Positions 13,369 through 26,159 of a stretch of DNA of 64,000 bases are shown one piece after another. The translations under genes were made by a program, and so were the position numbers. The stretch is from Octopus sinensis. Its lineage: Eukaryota. Location: positions 69,688,001 to 69,752,000 of the forward strand of contig NC_043000.1 of NCBI RefSeq assembly GCF_006345805.1, given 5' to 3'. The number at the start of each line of letters is the position of its first letter. Within the stretch, counting starts at the first letter, position 1. The notes beneath the pieces are model-generated. The model saw only the letters and a list, made by a program, of their open reading frames with translations. It did no database searches and was not told where the DNA came from.

Positions 13369-14254
13369 ATATATACATATATATATGTATGCATGTATAT
13401 ATATGTGTGTGCGTATGTGTGCGTGTGCGTGTGTATTCTTTTAATTTGGTGTTGATGCTGCTTTTGTTCACTAATAAATCTTTCTCGGGAACTCCTTTGT
13501 GAATTTCATGACAAGCTTAGTCAAATGGGTTTTCTTGTATTTATTTTTGTTCTTCACTCTTGTTCTGAGAAAAGAAAAATTCAAGTTTGTTACAGATCAC
13601 TTTTTCAGCACTAATTTATAAACCTGCTATAAGTGTCTGGTGATGCAAATTTGATTTTGCACCTCACAAACATTTTAAGAACGTGCGTTCCTCCTCCGCG
13701 TACACACAACTGTGAGCCCTGTTCCTGGGCACATAGATAGGAGGAACGTGTTTGGAAATCCGCATAATGGATTGTAATTGTAATTCAAAGTCTTCGTTCT
13801 ATATTGTTTCTCTTTCATTTGATCTCTGAGTTATGTTAAAGGTGCATATCTGTGAAATACTGTCACTCATCCTCTTTAATTTAACGATCGAACAACTGAA
13901 TACTCATTGTCCGTGCAGGGTGCTTTGGCTCAATCGCTACTAAGTTTGTTTCTGTCCGTTCGTTTTTGTAGTCTAGTTGATTCGTTTTTCTTGCTTAGTA
14001 ACAGTGGTATCAGGTTCTTCATTTAATTCAGGGTTAACGCTAAGAATTTGCAAGCTTCCTTGACAATACAATGCGATTTATACTGCTACCATGTTCGTAC
14101 GCAAGTCGCAGCATTCAGTCCTCTATTCTAGATAGGTACATGTTCATTCTTACAGTAGAGCAGAGTTCCAAGTGCATAATTTCTCTTCCCCTACTGCTTC
14201 TAGATAGGTACAGTCGGTTAGCATGTTCTTAGATGACAATTTTGTTTCCTCTCC

Positions 14255-15935
14255 GTGCGTTGGCTTTACGTAGGATAGTGTTAATGGCTTCGATGCAATT
14301 TTTTGAGTTGAGCTCAGTCTACAGTACAAATCCTATTCTCCTATAGTACTCCTTTCTTATGTTTTCTTTTATAGTGCCATAAAGTATGGTCATCTCCTTT
14401 ATTTATTCCCAGGTATTTATAAGTTTTGTTGTCGATAAGTTTCCAGATGGTAGTGTCAATATCCTATTTAATAGACGCGATTTATCTGAGTTTTACTTTA
14501 GTACATCTGTGGAAGCTCAAATCCATCCCAATGTCATTGCGAAACTCTTTAACAATTATTAGCAGCCCTTCTAGTTCTGGGTCATTCCGTGTAAACAGCT
14601 TCAGATCGTTCATGAAAAAAAGATTATTCATTACTTTGTTAAGAATTTTGTACGCATATCCGGTGTTATCCAATTCATTTGAGAGTGGGATCAGAAGCAT
14701 GCAAAAAGGTATTAGGGAGAGGGTGTCACCTTCAATGATACCTCGTTTGATGTTGATGCTGTTGAACTGGCTCATCTCATTACTATGGTTTAGAAGAGAC
14801 GTATGTTCCACTTGGCCGTGCTATTTTGTAAGAATTTGGAGACGACAGGTGAGATCTTGTATATCTCAAGGGCCTTGAGTATTCATTTAAGTGGGACATT
14901 ACCGAACGCTTTCCTGTAGTCTATTCATGCTGTGCTCAGGTTATTCTTTTTGCGCCGGGAATTCTCTAAAACCATTCTATTTATGGGGAATTAATCTTTG
15001 CACCCATAAGAATTTCTTTTTCAGTCTTTTTGGCCTTGTGGAAGGATAGAGTTCTGTTCAAGGAGAGCGTATATTCTTTCAGTTATTATGGATGTAAGCA
15101 TATTATAACTGGTGTTGAGACATGTTATTTATCGGTAATTCTTCAAGGTTTTATGTCTTCAGATTTTAGTAGTAAGTAGGTAGTTCCTTCAGTCAACTAA
15201 GCAAGTATTTGATCACGGTTCTGAATAATACCTATTTCTTTACTACCCACAAGGGGCTAAACACAGAGGGGACAAACAAGGACAGACAAACAGATTAAGT
15301 CGATTATATCGACCCCAGTGCGTAACTTGTACTTATTTTAAAAAGCCCGAAAGGATGAAAGGCAAAGTCGACCTCGGCGGAATTTGAACTCAGAACGTAA
15401 CGGCAGACGAAATACGGCTACGCATTTCCCCCGGCGTGCTAACGATTCTGCCAACTCGCCAATACCACTTAGAGATAGAGCAAGATTTTCGTGTACTTCT
15501 ATCAAACAATTCACCTAGAAGTTGGGGATCCGTTCTATTCCTCTGGTTTTCCATTTATGAGACTTTCTAAAAACACACCTTAGCTCTTCTATTCTATTGT
15601 CTCCCATTTCTGTTCTTCAACTTCATTCAGTCGCTCTTTCTCACGTTCAATCAATACTTTTTTCCTTGCCCCATATCTTCTGCCAGAAATCTTTCACTTC
15701 CTCAATCTTAAGTAGCTTGTTTACTTCTATCTTACTTTTGCCAATTTCCCTATAAAACGTTTTTGCATCTGTCTTGCATATATTCTTTTGACGATAAAAT
15801 TTTATTCATACTTTCTAAGCCGTTGGGTTTTCAACTGTATACGCTATTTCAACAGTTCATTAGTCTCAGGAAAGTTTATAAGTGTTTTGATTTTATAGAT
15901 TTTATAGTTCCCTGCTTTTCCTGTTTTGGGCTGGC
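14255..15935 (-). mobile_element. Decayed R4/Dong-like (REL-endonuclease clade) LINE, RT region
   Basis: Fragments NYRPITCL-like, IDYRKAFGNVP, INIKRGIIEGDTLSLIPF, LFFMNDLKLF and YKYLGINKGD; many stops and frameshifts; interrupted by a SINE. Confidence 0.85.
15235..15460 (-). mobile_element. tRNA-derived SINE, family A
   Basis: ggcaaagtcgacctcggcggaatttgaactcagaacgt...gctaacgattctgccaactcgcc. Confidence 0.9.
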
Positions 15936-16795
15936 AGAATCTTTAGCATAACCAAGACAAAACAATGTAAATGATAACAATCAGTTAAGATAAAAAGCCA
16001 TGAGAGCCACTGCCTGGTACTACATCAGAGCATTTATTATTATTATTATTCTATGTTTGATTTTTACTTTACATTTGTACAAGTTGGCTCCAAGTCTCAC
16101 CCAGAGACCTCAAGAGACAACAGGTTGGAAGTTCATGTTGTTGTTATGCCTAGTGTGCCATATATTTGGTTTTGTATTTAGTGTTGTACTAGTGAATGTC
16201 TAAAAAAAAACATACGAAAAAAATGTTTTTTTTTAAACTTGAGATTACATAGAAAGTATTTTGTGTAGGATATGAGCAGTTCCCATGAGCACTATCTTTT
16301 GAATTTCTGCCATTTTGGGGTTTCCTGGTATCTGAGTTAGGTAGCAATCAGCCCCTTTTGCTATCATTCCCAGGGCACCTATGACAACAGGTATTGTTTT
16401 AGTCTTCAGGTTCCACATTTTGCTGATTTCTATTTCAAGATCATTATATTTGCTCAGTTTTTGGTAGGTCTTGACAGATACGTTTATATCGATTGGGATA
16501 GTCATATCAATGAGGAGGCATGTTTTTTGTCTGAAGTCTTTTACTATGATGTCTGGCCTATTCGCGTCTATCTTTCTGTCAGTTTGAATGGTAAAGTTCC
16601 AGAGGAGTGAGATGTGGTCATTTTCAAGCACTGGAGGTGGTTTTTGTTCACACCAGTTTTTTTCATGGGGCAAATCCAGGTTTTTGCAAATTACCCAGTG
16701 AATATATTGTGCAGCTCTATCATGCCTGTTGAGATACTCTGTAGGTGCAAGATGACTTCACTTGGAGACAGCATGATCAATGGTTTCATTTTGTT
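15935..16795 (-). mobile_element. R4/Dong-like LINE 3' fragment (REL endonuclease plus 3'UTR)
   Basis: ORF 16245-16673 LLWNFTIQTDRKIDANRPDII...KYNDLEIEISKMWNLKTKTIPVVIGALG; the 5' break abuts an (AAT)n tract. Confidence 0.9.
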
Positions 16796-16803
16796 GTTGT
16801 CCA

Positions 16804-16950
<147 letters not shown>

Positions 16951-16951
16951 C

Positions 16952-19493
16952 CCTTCGTAACACAATGTAGGTAAAAATGCACCGGAGTCTTTAGTCATCT
17001 ATCAAGTCACAGCAAGGACCTCAGACAGATAATACTTTCCTTAAGATGTGCGCTGCGCCCAATAAGGCTGCTTTTTGCAAGACATCACTCTTGTATGAGA
17101 TTTCCAGTTGCCTTAAGATATATTGAAGTTTCAGTGGGATTGAGCCCAACGCTCCGATCACCACTGGTATCCTTTTTACATTACCCCCTCGCATTCCATA
17201 GTCTTGCCATTTCCACTTTCGATTCGGAGTTCTTGGTGATTTTTCAACCCCTTTACTCACAACATTCATGTTATTTGATATGGCTACATCAATAATCTCA
17301 CAGTATTTGTCTCTCTTATTCAATATGACAATATCCGGCTGACAGTGTTCGATTACACGATCCGTTTGAAAATCATAGTCCCATAGTATCGTTACTTTTC
17401 CAACCTCCTGCATAACTTACTTGGTACATGCACATACCAGTCCTCTGTTACATTATATTGGTATTTACAGCATAAGAACCAATGAAGATACACACACACT
17501 TTATCGTAGCGGCGCTTATATTATTTTTGTGCAAGGCTCTCACATCCACTTAGCAGGTGGGTCACATTTTCTATACTCTTTCCACAGTGTCTGCATTTCT
17601 GAGTGTCAGAAGTTTTATAGATGTTATACTTCACTGAATTGGTAGCGAGAGCCTGGTCTTGTGCAGCAATGATCACGCTTTCGGTGGTACACTTCAAATT
17701 ACCTTACTCAAGCCATTCCCACGATGCTGTATTATCCTTAACGTCTTGTGTATTCCTTTCACATTGTCCATGCATTTTCATTTCAAGAAGGTCTTCTTTT
17801 CTCATCTCCTCAACTCTTTGATTATACTCTTCCTTGCCCATCATTTCATCTGTACTTACAACCATATCTTTTGCGACATATTGCAGCAGGTCTTCATCAC
17901 TATTTATCAAAAACTCGGCAAGCATTCTCCTTTCACTCCTTATAGAATGGTCTATACAAATTTGTCCTCTGCCACCATTCTTTCTTTTCATATGCAGTCT
18001 GTTTACGCTTGCTTTGGGGTGTAGCGCCCCATGCACCGTCATCAACTTTCTCGCCCTTCTATCCAGTGTTGATATTTCCTCCTTAGTCCATTTGAGAATG
18101 GACGCACTATATCTGAGCACCGCAACTGTCCAGACATTCATTGCGGTAATTAACTATTTGGCATCCAGGTTGGATTTCAACATCATCTTCACCCTTTTTT
18201 TATACGCCTCGCTGACCTTGACTTTCATTTCTCTGTGTAGAATGTCATCCAGCTCCCAAATCTCTAAGTATCTATACCCACTACCGTCGAGTTTACCCAT
18301 AGTCTCTCCTAATGGTAACAGTAATCTTCTGCTGGTTGCTTTCTTCCTTCTTATCATATTAATACTGAGCATATGGTAATCTCAAATTCTATACCGATGT
18401 CCCTACCACACTTCTGGACTGTTTTTCAGATTTCCCAAACAATTTCAGATCATCCATAAACAGAAGATGGTTCAATGATGGGCCTTTCTTCCTACATCGG
18501 TAACCCATCTTAACTTTCCTAAGTGTCATTGTTATGGGTATTAGCGCAATTACAAAAAGTAACGGAGAAAACGAGTCACCTTGGCAGATGCCTCTTTTAA
18601 TATTAACTTCTCCAAGGAATACTTTACTTTTGTACAAATTGGTTTTCCACTCTTCCATGCAATGCATCAGAAAATTTGTGATATTGTCAGCTACACCAAA
18701 CATCTGCAGGCATTCAACGATCCAAGAATGAGGCATCATATCATATGCCTTCTTAAAGTCAATCCAAGCTATAGACATGTTTGTATGATGTTTTTTACAA
18801 TGCCTCAAAACTGGTTAATCGATGACCAGGTGATCCTTGGTACTCTGAGAACTCTTTCTACCTCCTTTTTGTTCCCTTGGTAATATTTTCTTGTTCCAAG
18901 AATTTATATGTCTTTGCCGCACATAATCCAGTTTGTATCTTCCAGATTATGTTTAAGCATGCTACGGGACGGTACTTTCCCACAATATTCCCCTTTCTTG
19001 TATCTTTCATTATAAGTGTTGTCCTCCCAGTCACCATCCACACGAGGACTTTACCTTTCTGGACATACTCATTCAATTGGGCTGCTAGTTTTTTATGCAC
19101 TATGTGGCACCTCTTCAGCTAAAAGCCATGAATCCCATCTGGTTCGAGGCTTTACAGTTAGGAAATTTACACACTTGTTCTTTCACGTCAGCTGTGCTTA
19201 TGACAATATTCCTTTGCCTCTTTTCTCCTTGTAATTATGTCTTGATAGTTCCTATCCACATTGCATCCCTTTTATCACTACATTGTTTCCCCTTAATCTG
19301 CTCCAGAACTTCTTGGCTTGATTTGCATCAGGAGCAACATTTTCTCCATTGTCTCCTTCTAACGATCGGAAGAATTGCTACGGGTTACTTTTGAACTCCT
19401 CCAACTGCTTATTTCTGTTCAAAAATCTTCTGATCTTCTGGCTTTCTGCCATGATCCACTGTTTTAACTGCTCTATTACTGAATCAAAACCGT
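16952..19493 (-). mobile_element. R4/Dong-like LINE, 5'-truncated, flanked by (TAA)n on both sides
   Basis: ORF fragments KYRPVACLN, IDFKKAYDMMPHSW, GICQGDSFSPLLF, HLLFMDDLKLF, YRYLEI and LWDYDFQTDRVIEHCQPDIV...IPVVIGALG. Confidence 0.92.
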
Positions 19494-19494
19494 T

Positions 19495-19730
<236 letters not shown>

Positions 19731-19838
19731 GTAGTTTTATTTTTATAGTGTGCTTTCACTTCACTACCGAGCGCAGCTCTGTGTGCCTTAGGTATGTGCT
19801 GTGATTTGTTGTGATGCTCTGATGGTTATTGTATGGAA

Positions 19839-19917
<79 letters not shown>

Positions 19918-19933
19918 GTTGTTGTTATTATTC

Positions 19934-20150
19934 AGGCGGCCAGCTGGCAGAATCGTTAGCACGCCGGGTAAATTGCTTAGTGGCTTTCCGTCTGTCTTTA
20001 CATTCTGAGTTCATATTCCGCCGAGATCGTCTTTGCTTTTCATCCTTTCGGGATCGATAAAATAAGTGCCAGTTGTGCACTGGAGTTGATGATGTAGTCG
20101 ACAAGTTCCACCAACCCATAAAATTTCAGGCCTTGTGCCAGTAGTAGAAA
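19934..20150 (+). mobile_element. tRNA-derived SINE, family A
   Basis: ggcggccagctggcagaatcgttagcacgccggg...aggccttgtgccagtagtagaaa. Confidence 0.9.
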
Positions 20151-20939
20151 TAGTGGATATTTTCCCTTTGAACGGCAGATCGAGAAATTAATTTGTTGTT
20201 ACTAAGCACTTTCAAACTTCGGACACTGGTAGAATGTGTCATATAAAACATCTTTTACTCTTAGCGTTTTTGAGGAAAGTTTCTATTTACGAAATTATTT
20301 CGTGTTTAAGTTGTCGTATTTCGGTAATTTCAACCAATCAATGACGTGTATTCAGCTGAATAAAATTACTGCTGTTGTTTGTCAACAACACCTATCGGTT
20401 TACATTTTTAATGTTTTCAGTCAATTTTTCACGGGTCCAGCTAGTAATAATAATTATTCTTGTCATTGTTATTGTCGTTGTCGTCGTCGTCGTCATAGCC
20501 TTTATTCAAAGCGGCGTTGTTATTGCGTCGTAGACCAAATGGTACCTTACCAGAAAATTGTGTCTGCGAATCATGTACAAATTCTCATTGAAACCCACCT
20601 CACCAATAATGCCCTAAAGAATATTACAAATGCTACATAATATCAATCGTCCCCCTACTCAATTTGTAATTAGTTTACTTATTTATCTTTTTTAAATCGT
20701 TATTAATTCTGACATAAAGGCCAATAGAGATGTTAAACTTCAAAACGTTGGATGATATGCTTTCATATCACTTGGGAGTTCAAATCTAAATATAATTGTT
20801 GACTTTGTCTTCTGTTCCTCCTGGGGTCCAGTAATATACTGGAGTCGATTCAATAAATTTCGTTGATTCAAGTAAGAAATGATAGCGATATATAACATAG
20901 TATAGCTAAGACACTGATATATTTAGTTTTGAATAATCA

Positions 20940-21129
20940 TTATTCAAGCATAGACTCAGAATTGACTTGAGAATCATAGGCATAAAGTATAACAGACGCC
21001 ATCATTATTGATTCGACAGGCTCAATACTACAGAAGATAACTGTTCGCCATTTCCAGGCACTTATTTGATTCGTCGTTATTGAACGTTTTGTATAAGATT
21101 AATAGAAATTAACAATTGACAGCATTGCA
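20940..21129. repeat. Left arm of a 190-bp inverted duplication (partner 28188-28377)
   Basis: Base-by-base comparison gives 189/190 identity. Confidence 0.95.
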
Positions 21130-21469
21130 ATGAATCAACTCTGAAACAGACTGGCTGTGGCAAATGTTAATGACACGGTAAATTACTGTTTATTATACAT
21201 GTAAGAATTACTTCCCTTAGATCAGCAGAAGTCATTAGGATAACTATATTGTTGATTTATTATCATATCATAATGTTGTACAGTCTATCGACTCAAGTGG
21301 AATGAGAAGCATTTCACAAAGGGAAAGAACAGAATTATAATTACTTTATTAGTTGAATCGGATTCCACATATTTATTGTAGGGTGCATTAAATCGCGAAC
21401 TGAAATAATTGTGTTGATTTAAGAACATCTATAACTTTTGAAATATTACATAATTAACGAAGGATGCAT

Positions 21470-22930
21470 TGAGAGAGCTAAGGCGCGAACTCAAAGAAAA
21501 GAGAGAACGGAGTGGTAAAGACGAAACGTGGCAACAAATTCGGTCTGTGGTGGACCAAAATGGATGCACGGTACTCGAGTCCAACTTGATGTGAGCGGCA
21601 TTTCAGCAGCATTTCGTCCAACTCTTTGGGACAAATTGCACCCCGGAACGCAGGATGGGCTTCAGTGTCTATCACGACGGCCTACCAAGACTCTTGATAA
21701 GGGGAGCGGGGCGTTGCGAAATGCCGATTACAGCCATGGAAACACAGGATGCGATGATGGGTTGCACGAAATTTGGGTGGGGAGAATCGCCTGGTTTGGA
21801 TGGTATGCCTATGACCTGCTGAGAAAGGGCCCAAACAAGGTGGGTAAAATAGAAAATTCTAAGCCCATAACTTTGCTCAACTCAGATTTGAAAATTTAGG
21901 TCAAGGTGTTAGGAAAGAGTTATCGTCAGGTAAGTGATCGGTGATGTACAAACATCCACCTTCCCGAGCAGATCCATTCCCGACAACCTCTGTCTCATGC
22001 GATACATCATAAACAGGGTGGGTAAAGAAGCTTGTATGAGTGCGACCCTAATCAATTTGGACCAATATAAATCCTTCGATAGGATTGACCACCAGTACTT
22101 GGAGGTCGTTGTCACGCCTGCCTGTTTCGGTCCCGTTTTCTTTGGCTGAATCGTTGCAATTTACAATGACATCTGCTCGGTAGTTCGGGTGAATAGTTAC
22201 CTGTTAGAACTATTTTGCATCATACACTCTGCTCGTCAGTGTGTCTGTTCTGTATGTACTGGCTCTAGAATCACTGTTGCGGAAATTGGAGGCGTTGAGA
22301 GGCATCCCACGCAAACTAAGATGAGGGAGAACCGTGTCAACATACACAGACGACGTCACAGTCAGAATGTCGAACACTAGGCAAATAAAACTGGTCGACA
22401 CAGCTCTAAAAGAATAGGAGACGGTGACAGAAGCAAAAATTAACCCAGGAAAGTCAGTAGGCCTGCAACTCGGCACCTGGAGAGGCAAGTCCATGCCGAC
22501 CAACAACGTCGTGGAACAGTGGACTGATTAAATTGCTCGGGGTCTGGATTGGCCCAGATCTTCAGGTGGAAAAGAACTGGGACGAGGTGATGAGCAAAGT
22601 GGCCGAGAGAAAGCTATCCCTGAAAGGTCGGGCAGTGTGGCGAATGCATACATCGCGTCCGTCATACATTATCGTTTGACTGTCATGCATTGCTCCAGTT
22701 CACGTCTGACCCTCTGGAGCGCGTACTCTTCTGCTTTCTGTGGGAGGGACGTTTTCCACTGGTCAGTTCCTCCATTTGCTGTCAATGCACGCTGAATGGA
22801 GAATTGGGCATGCCGTGACTGCTGATTCGCAAGACATTCGCTGATGCTATGTTACCTGTAGCGTTTCCTTGATGGTGAGCTATATGATCACCGTTTGTCC
22901 CACCCGTTCTTCTACGGCTCGTCTGTTTGG
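21470..22930 (+). mobile_element. Decayed Tx1/L1-clade LINE, RT region
   Basis: ENSKPITLLNSDLKI, SRSIPDNLCLMRYII, LINLDQYKSFDRIDHQYL; many disablements. Confidence 0.85.
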
Positions 22931-23437
22931 TTGAACTGCAGCTTGCTAATCTTTTAAATCTTTAATTTTTATTTTTGTCTGTACCCAATGTTTTCGAAGA
23001 CACCTCCCTACCAGTCAGACAGACAGACAAGGCTAATTTTCTTGATGAACAGCTGTAAGTTGAATTATTTCGAAGGATGTAACAAAAATAATTACTGTTA
23101 TTATTGGTTTAAACCGATTTTTAATGTATGACCTATCACTTTGTAAGTACAGCTGAAGTCAAACTATTTTAGACATACCATGTAATAGAACAATTGGTGA
23201 ATCCTCTGCAGCAATTAAACAGAGATTAGCGTTGGTAAATCCTTCCCAAAGAAAAGCCGGTAAGAAATTCAATCCAGGCTGGACAGGGATGAAAATTTAA
23301 TCACAACTATGCTCGGTGTAGCTGGAAGATTATGTGTAAGATGTGTTCGTTAGACATAGACTTAGTGCATTAGATCAGAAAAGGCAGCATTGATTCAAAA
23401 TTGCACCAAAGAAATGCTGCGATACGATTTACATTTA

Positions 23438-25825
23438 TAGTTATCGCCATACTAATATGGCATTCTTATAAAAATAAGAATAAAGCTGTCCGCTTATTAG
23501 CTCCATGAGGCCATCGCCTTAAGTTAGCTATTTGATACACAAACTGTATCCATATAACCTTCGAACAAGGGAGGTCAGTCGCTCCACACTACTTGATCGA
23601 CAGCTACAGACGCGTTTCGGGGTATTGTCCTTGTCAATGTAGCGTAGTCAGACCAGTAGGTGTCGCTTCCGACTATCTCTGTTCGAAGGTTTTATTTACC
23701 TAGTTTCGGTGGAATACATCCACTTGTTTTCAATAATAGAAATATTAAAATTACTAAGTCTCTCTAAAAGAGAACACGGCAGCGTTCCTGGAAATTAATA
23801 GTTATCGCCATACTAATATGGCATTCTTATAAAAATAAGAATAAAGCTGTCCGCTTATTAGCTCCATGAGGCCATCGCCTTAAGTTAGCTATTTGATACA
23901 CAAACTGTATCCATATAACCTTCGAACAAGGGAGGTCAGTTGCTCCACAATACTTGATCGACAGCTACAGACGCGTTTCGGGGTATTGCCCCTTGTCAAT
24001 GTAGCGTAGTCAGACCAGTAGGTGTCGCTTCCGACTATCTCTGTTCGAAGGTTTTATTTACCTAGTTTCGGTGGAATACGTCCACTTGTTTTCAATAATA
24101 GAAATATTAAAATTACTAAGTCTCTCTAAAAGAGAACACGGCAGCGTTCCTGGAAATTAATAGTTATCGCCATACTAATATGGCATTCTTATAAAAATAA
24201 GAATAAAGCTGTCCGCTTATTACCTCCATGAGGCCATCGCCTTAAGTTAGCTATTTGATACACAAACTGTATCCATATAACCTTCGAACAAGGGAGGTCA
24301 GTCGCTCCACACTACTTGATCGACAGCTACAGACGCGTTTCGGGGTATTGCCCCTTGTCAATGTAGCGTAGTCAGACCAGTAGGTGTCGCTTCCGACTAT
24401 CTCTGTTCGAAGGTTTTATTACCTAGTTTCGGTGGAATACGTCCACTTGTTTTCAATAATAGAAATATTAAAATTACTAAGTCTCTCTAAAAGAGAACAC
24501 GGCAGCGTTCCTGGAAATTAATAGTTTCGCCATACTAATATGGCATTCTTATAAAAATAAGAATAAAGCTGTCCGCTTATTACCTCCATGAGGCCATCGC
24601 CTTAAGTTAGCTATTTGATACACAAACTGTATCCATATAACCTTCGAACAAGGGAGGTCAGTCGCTCCACACTACTTGATCGACAGCTACAGACGCGTTT
24701 CGGGGTATTGCCCCTTGTCAATGTAGCGTAGTCAGACCAGTAGGTGTCGCTTCCGACTATCTCTGTTCGAAGGTTTTATTACCTAGTTTCGGTGGAATAC
24801 TCCACTTGTTTTCAATAATAGAAATATTAAAATTACTAAGTCTCTCTAAAAGAGAACACGGCAGCGTTCCTGGAAATTAATAGTTATCGCCATACTAATA
24901 TGGCATTCTTATAAAAATAAGAATAAAGCTGTCCGCTTATTAGCTCCATGAGGCCATCGCCTTAAGTTAGCTATTTGATACACAAACTGTATCCATATAA
25001 CCTTCGAACAAGGGAGGTCAGTCGCTCCACACTACTTGATCGACAGCTACAGACGCTTTCGGGGTATTGCCCCTTGTCAATGTAGCGTAGTCAGACCAGT
25101 AGGTGTCGCTTCCGACTATCTCTGTTCGAAGGTTTTATTTACCTAGTTTCGGTGGAATACGTCCCTTGTTTTCAATAATAGAAATATTAAAATTACTAAG
25201 TCTCTCTAAAAGAGAACACGGCAGCGTTCCTGAAATTAATAGTTATCGCCATACTAATATGGCATTCTTATAAAAATAAGAATAAAGCTGTCCGCTTATT
25301 AGCTCCATGAGGCCATCGCCTTAAGTTAGCTATTTGATACACAAACTGTATCCATATAACCTTCGAACAAGGGAGGTCAGTCGCTCCACACTACTTGATC
25401 GACAGCTACAGACGCGTTTCGGGGTATTGCCCCTTGTCAATGTAGCGTAGTCAGACCAGTAGGTGTCGCTTCCGACTATCTCTGTTCGAAGGTTTTTTTT
25501 ACCTAGTTTCGGTGGAATACGTCCACTTGTTTTCAATAATAGAAATATAAAATTACTAAGTCTCTCTAAAAGAGAACACGGCAGCGTTCCTGGAATTAAT
25601 AGTTATCGCCATACTGATATGGCATTCTTATAAAAATAAGAATAAAGCTGTCCGCTTATTAGCTCCATGAGGCCATCGCCTAAAGTTAGCTATTTGATAC
25701 ACAAACTGTATCCATATAACCTTCGAACAAGAATGCCATATTAGTATGGCGATAACTATTAATTTCCAGGAACGCTGCCGTGTTCTCTTTTAGAGAGACT
25801 TAGTAATTTTAATATTTTTATTATT
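23438..25825 (-). mobile_element. Non-coding ~362-bp tandem array (6 full units, 1 partial unit, inverted terminal segment) carrying hammerheads; retrozyme/PLE-pLTR-like insertion
   Basis: Unit starts at about 23437, 23798, 24160, 24521, 24880, 25239 and 25599; unit 7 stops at about 25730; inverted segment 25729-25827; flanking direct repeat GATTTACATTTA at 23426-23437 and 25826-25837. Confidence 0.9.
23964..24005 (-). ncRNA. Minimal type I hammerhead (U3:A8 variant), array copy 2. Intact also at 24326-24367, 24686-24727 and 25405-25446; damaged at 23603-23643 and 25046-25086
   Basis: Minus strand: gctaca TTGACAA GGGG caata CCCC GAAA CGCG TC tgtagc. Confidence 0.85.
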
Positions 25826-26159
25826 GATTTACATTTACTTCTTGTCATAACGCTAATTCGGCTGATAAAGTAAAATACAACAACTACTATCTGTGAAAAT
25901 GAAAGAGTTAAAAGCAGCCTCAATATACGCTCACGTTTGGAAATAATTCTTTCGAATAATCATTTATAATGTTTATATTGAAATCTTCAGAGCTCAGCAT
26001 AGGAATCGCAGACCGTCTTCGTCTTCTAACTGAACTGTTTCCAGTAGGCGAAGTTGACAAGCACCTTTCTGCAAAAATGAATGGTACTGTATCCCTCAGT
26101 TTTAACGGTATATTGTCGTCTTTTTCTACAGCAATGTTGAAATAACATAGGGTCATGTG

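Noticed and set aside
23438-25825. CRISPR array or 5S/tRNA/snRNA gene cluster interpretation of the tandem array
   Set aside because: Units are near-identical with no variable spacers, and I found no 5S, tRNA or snRNA signature.
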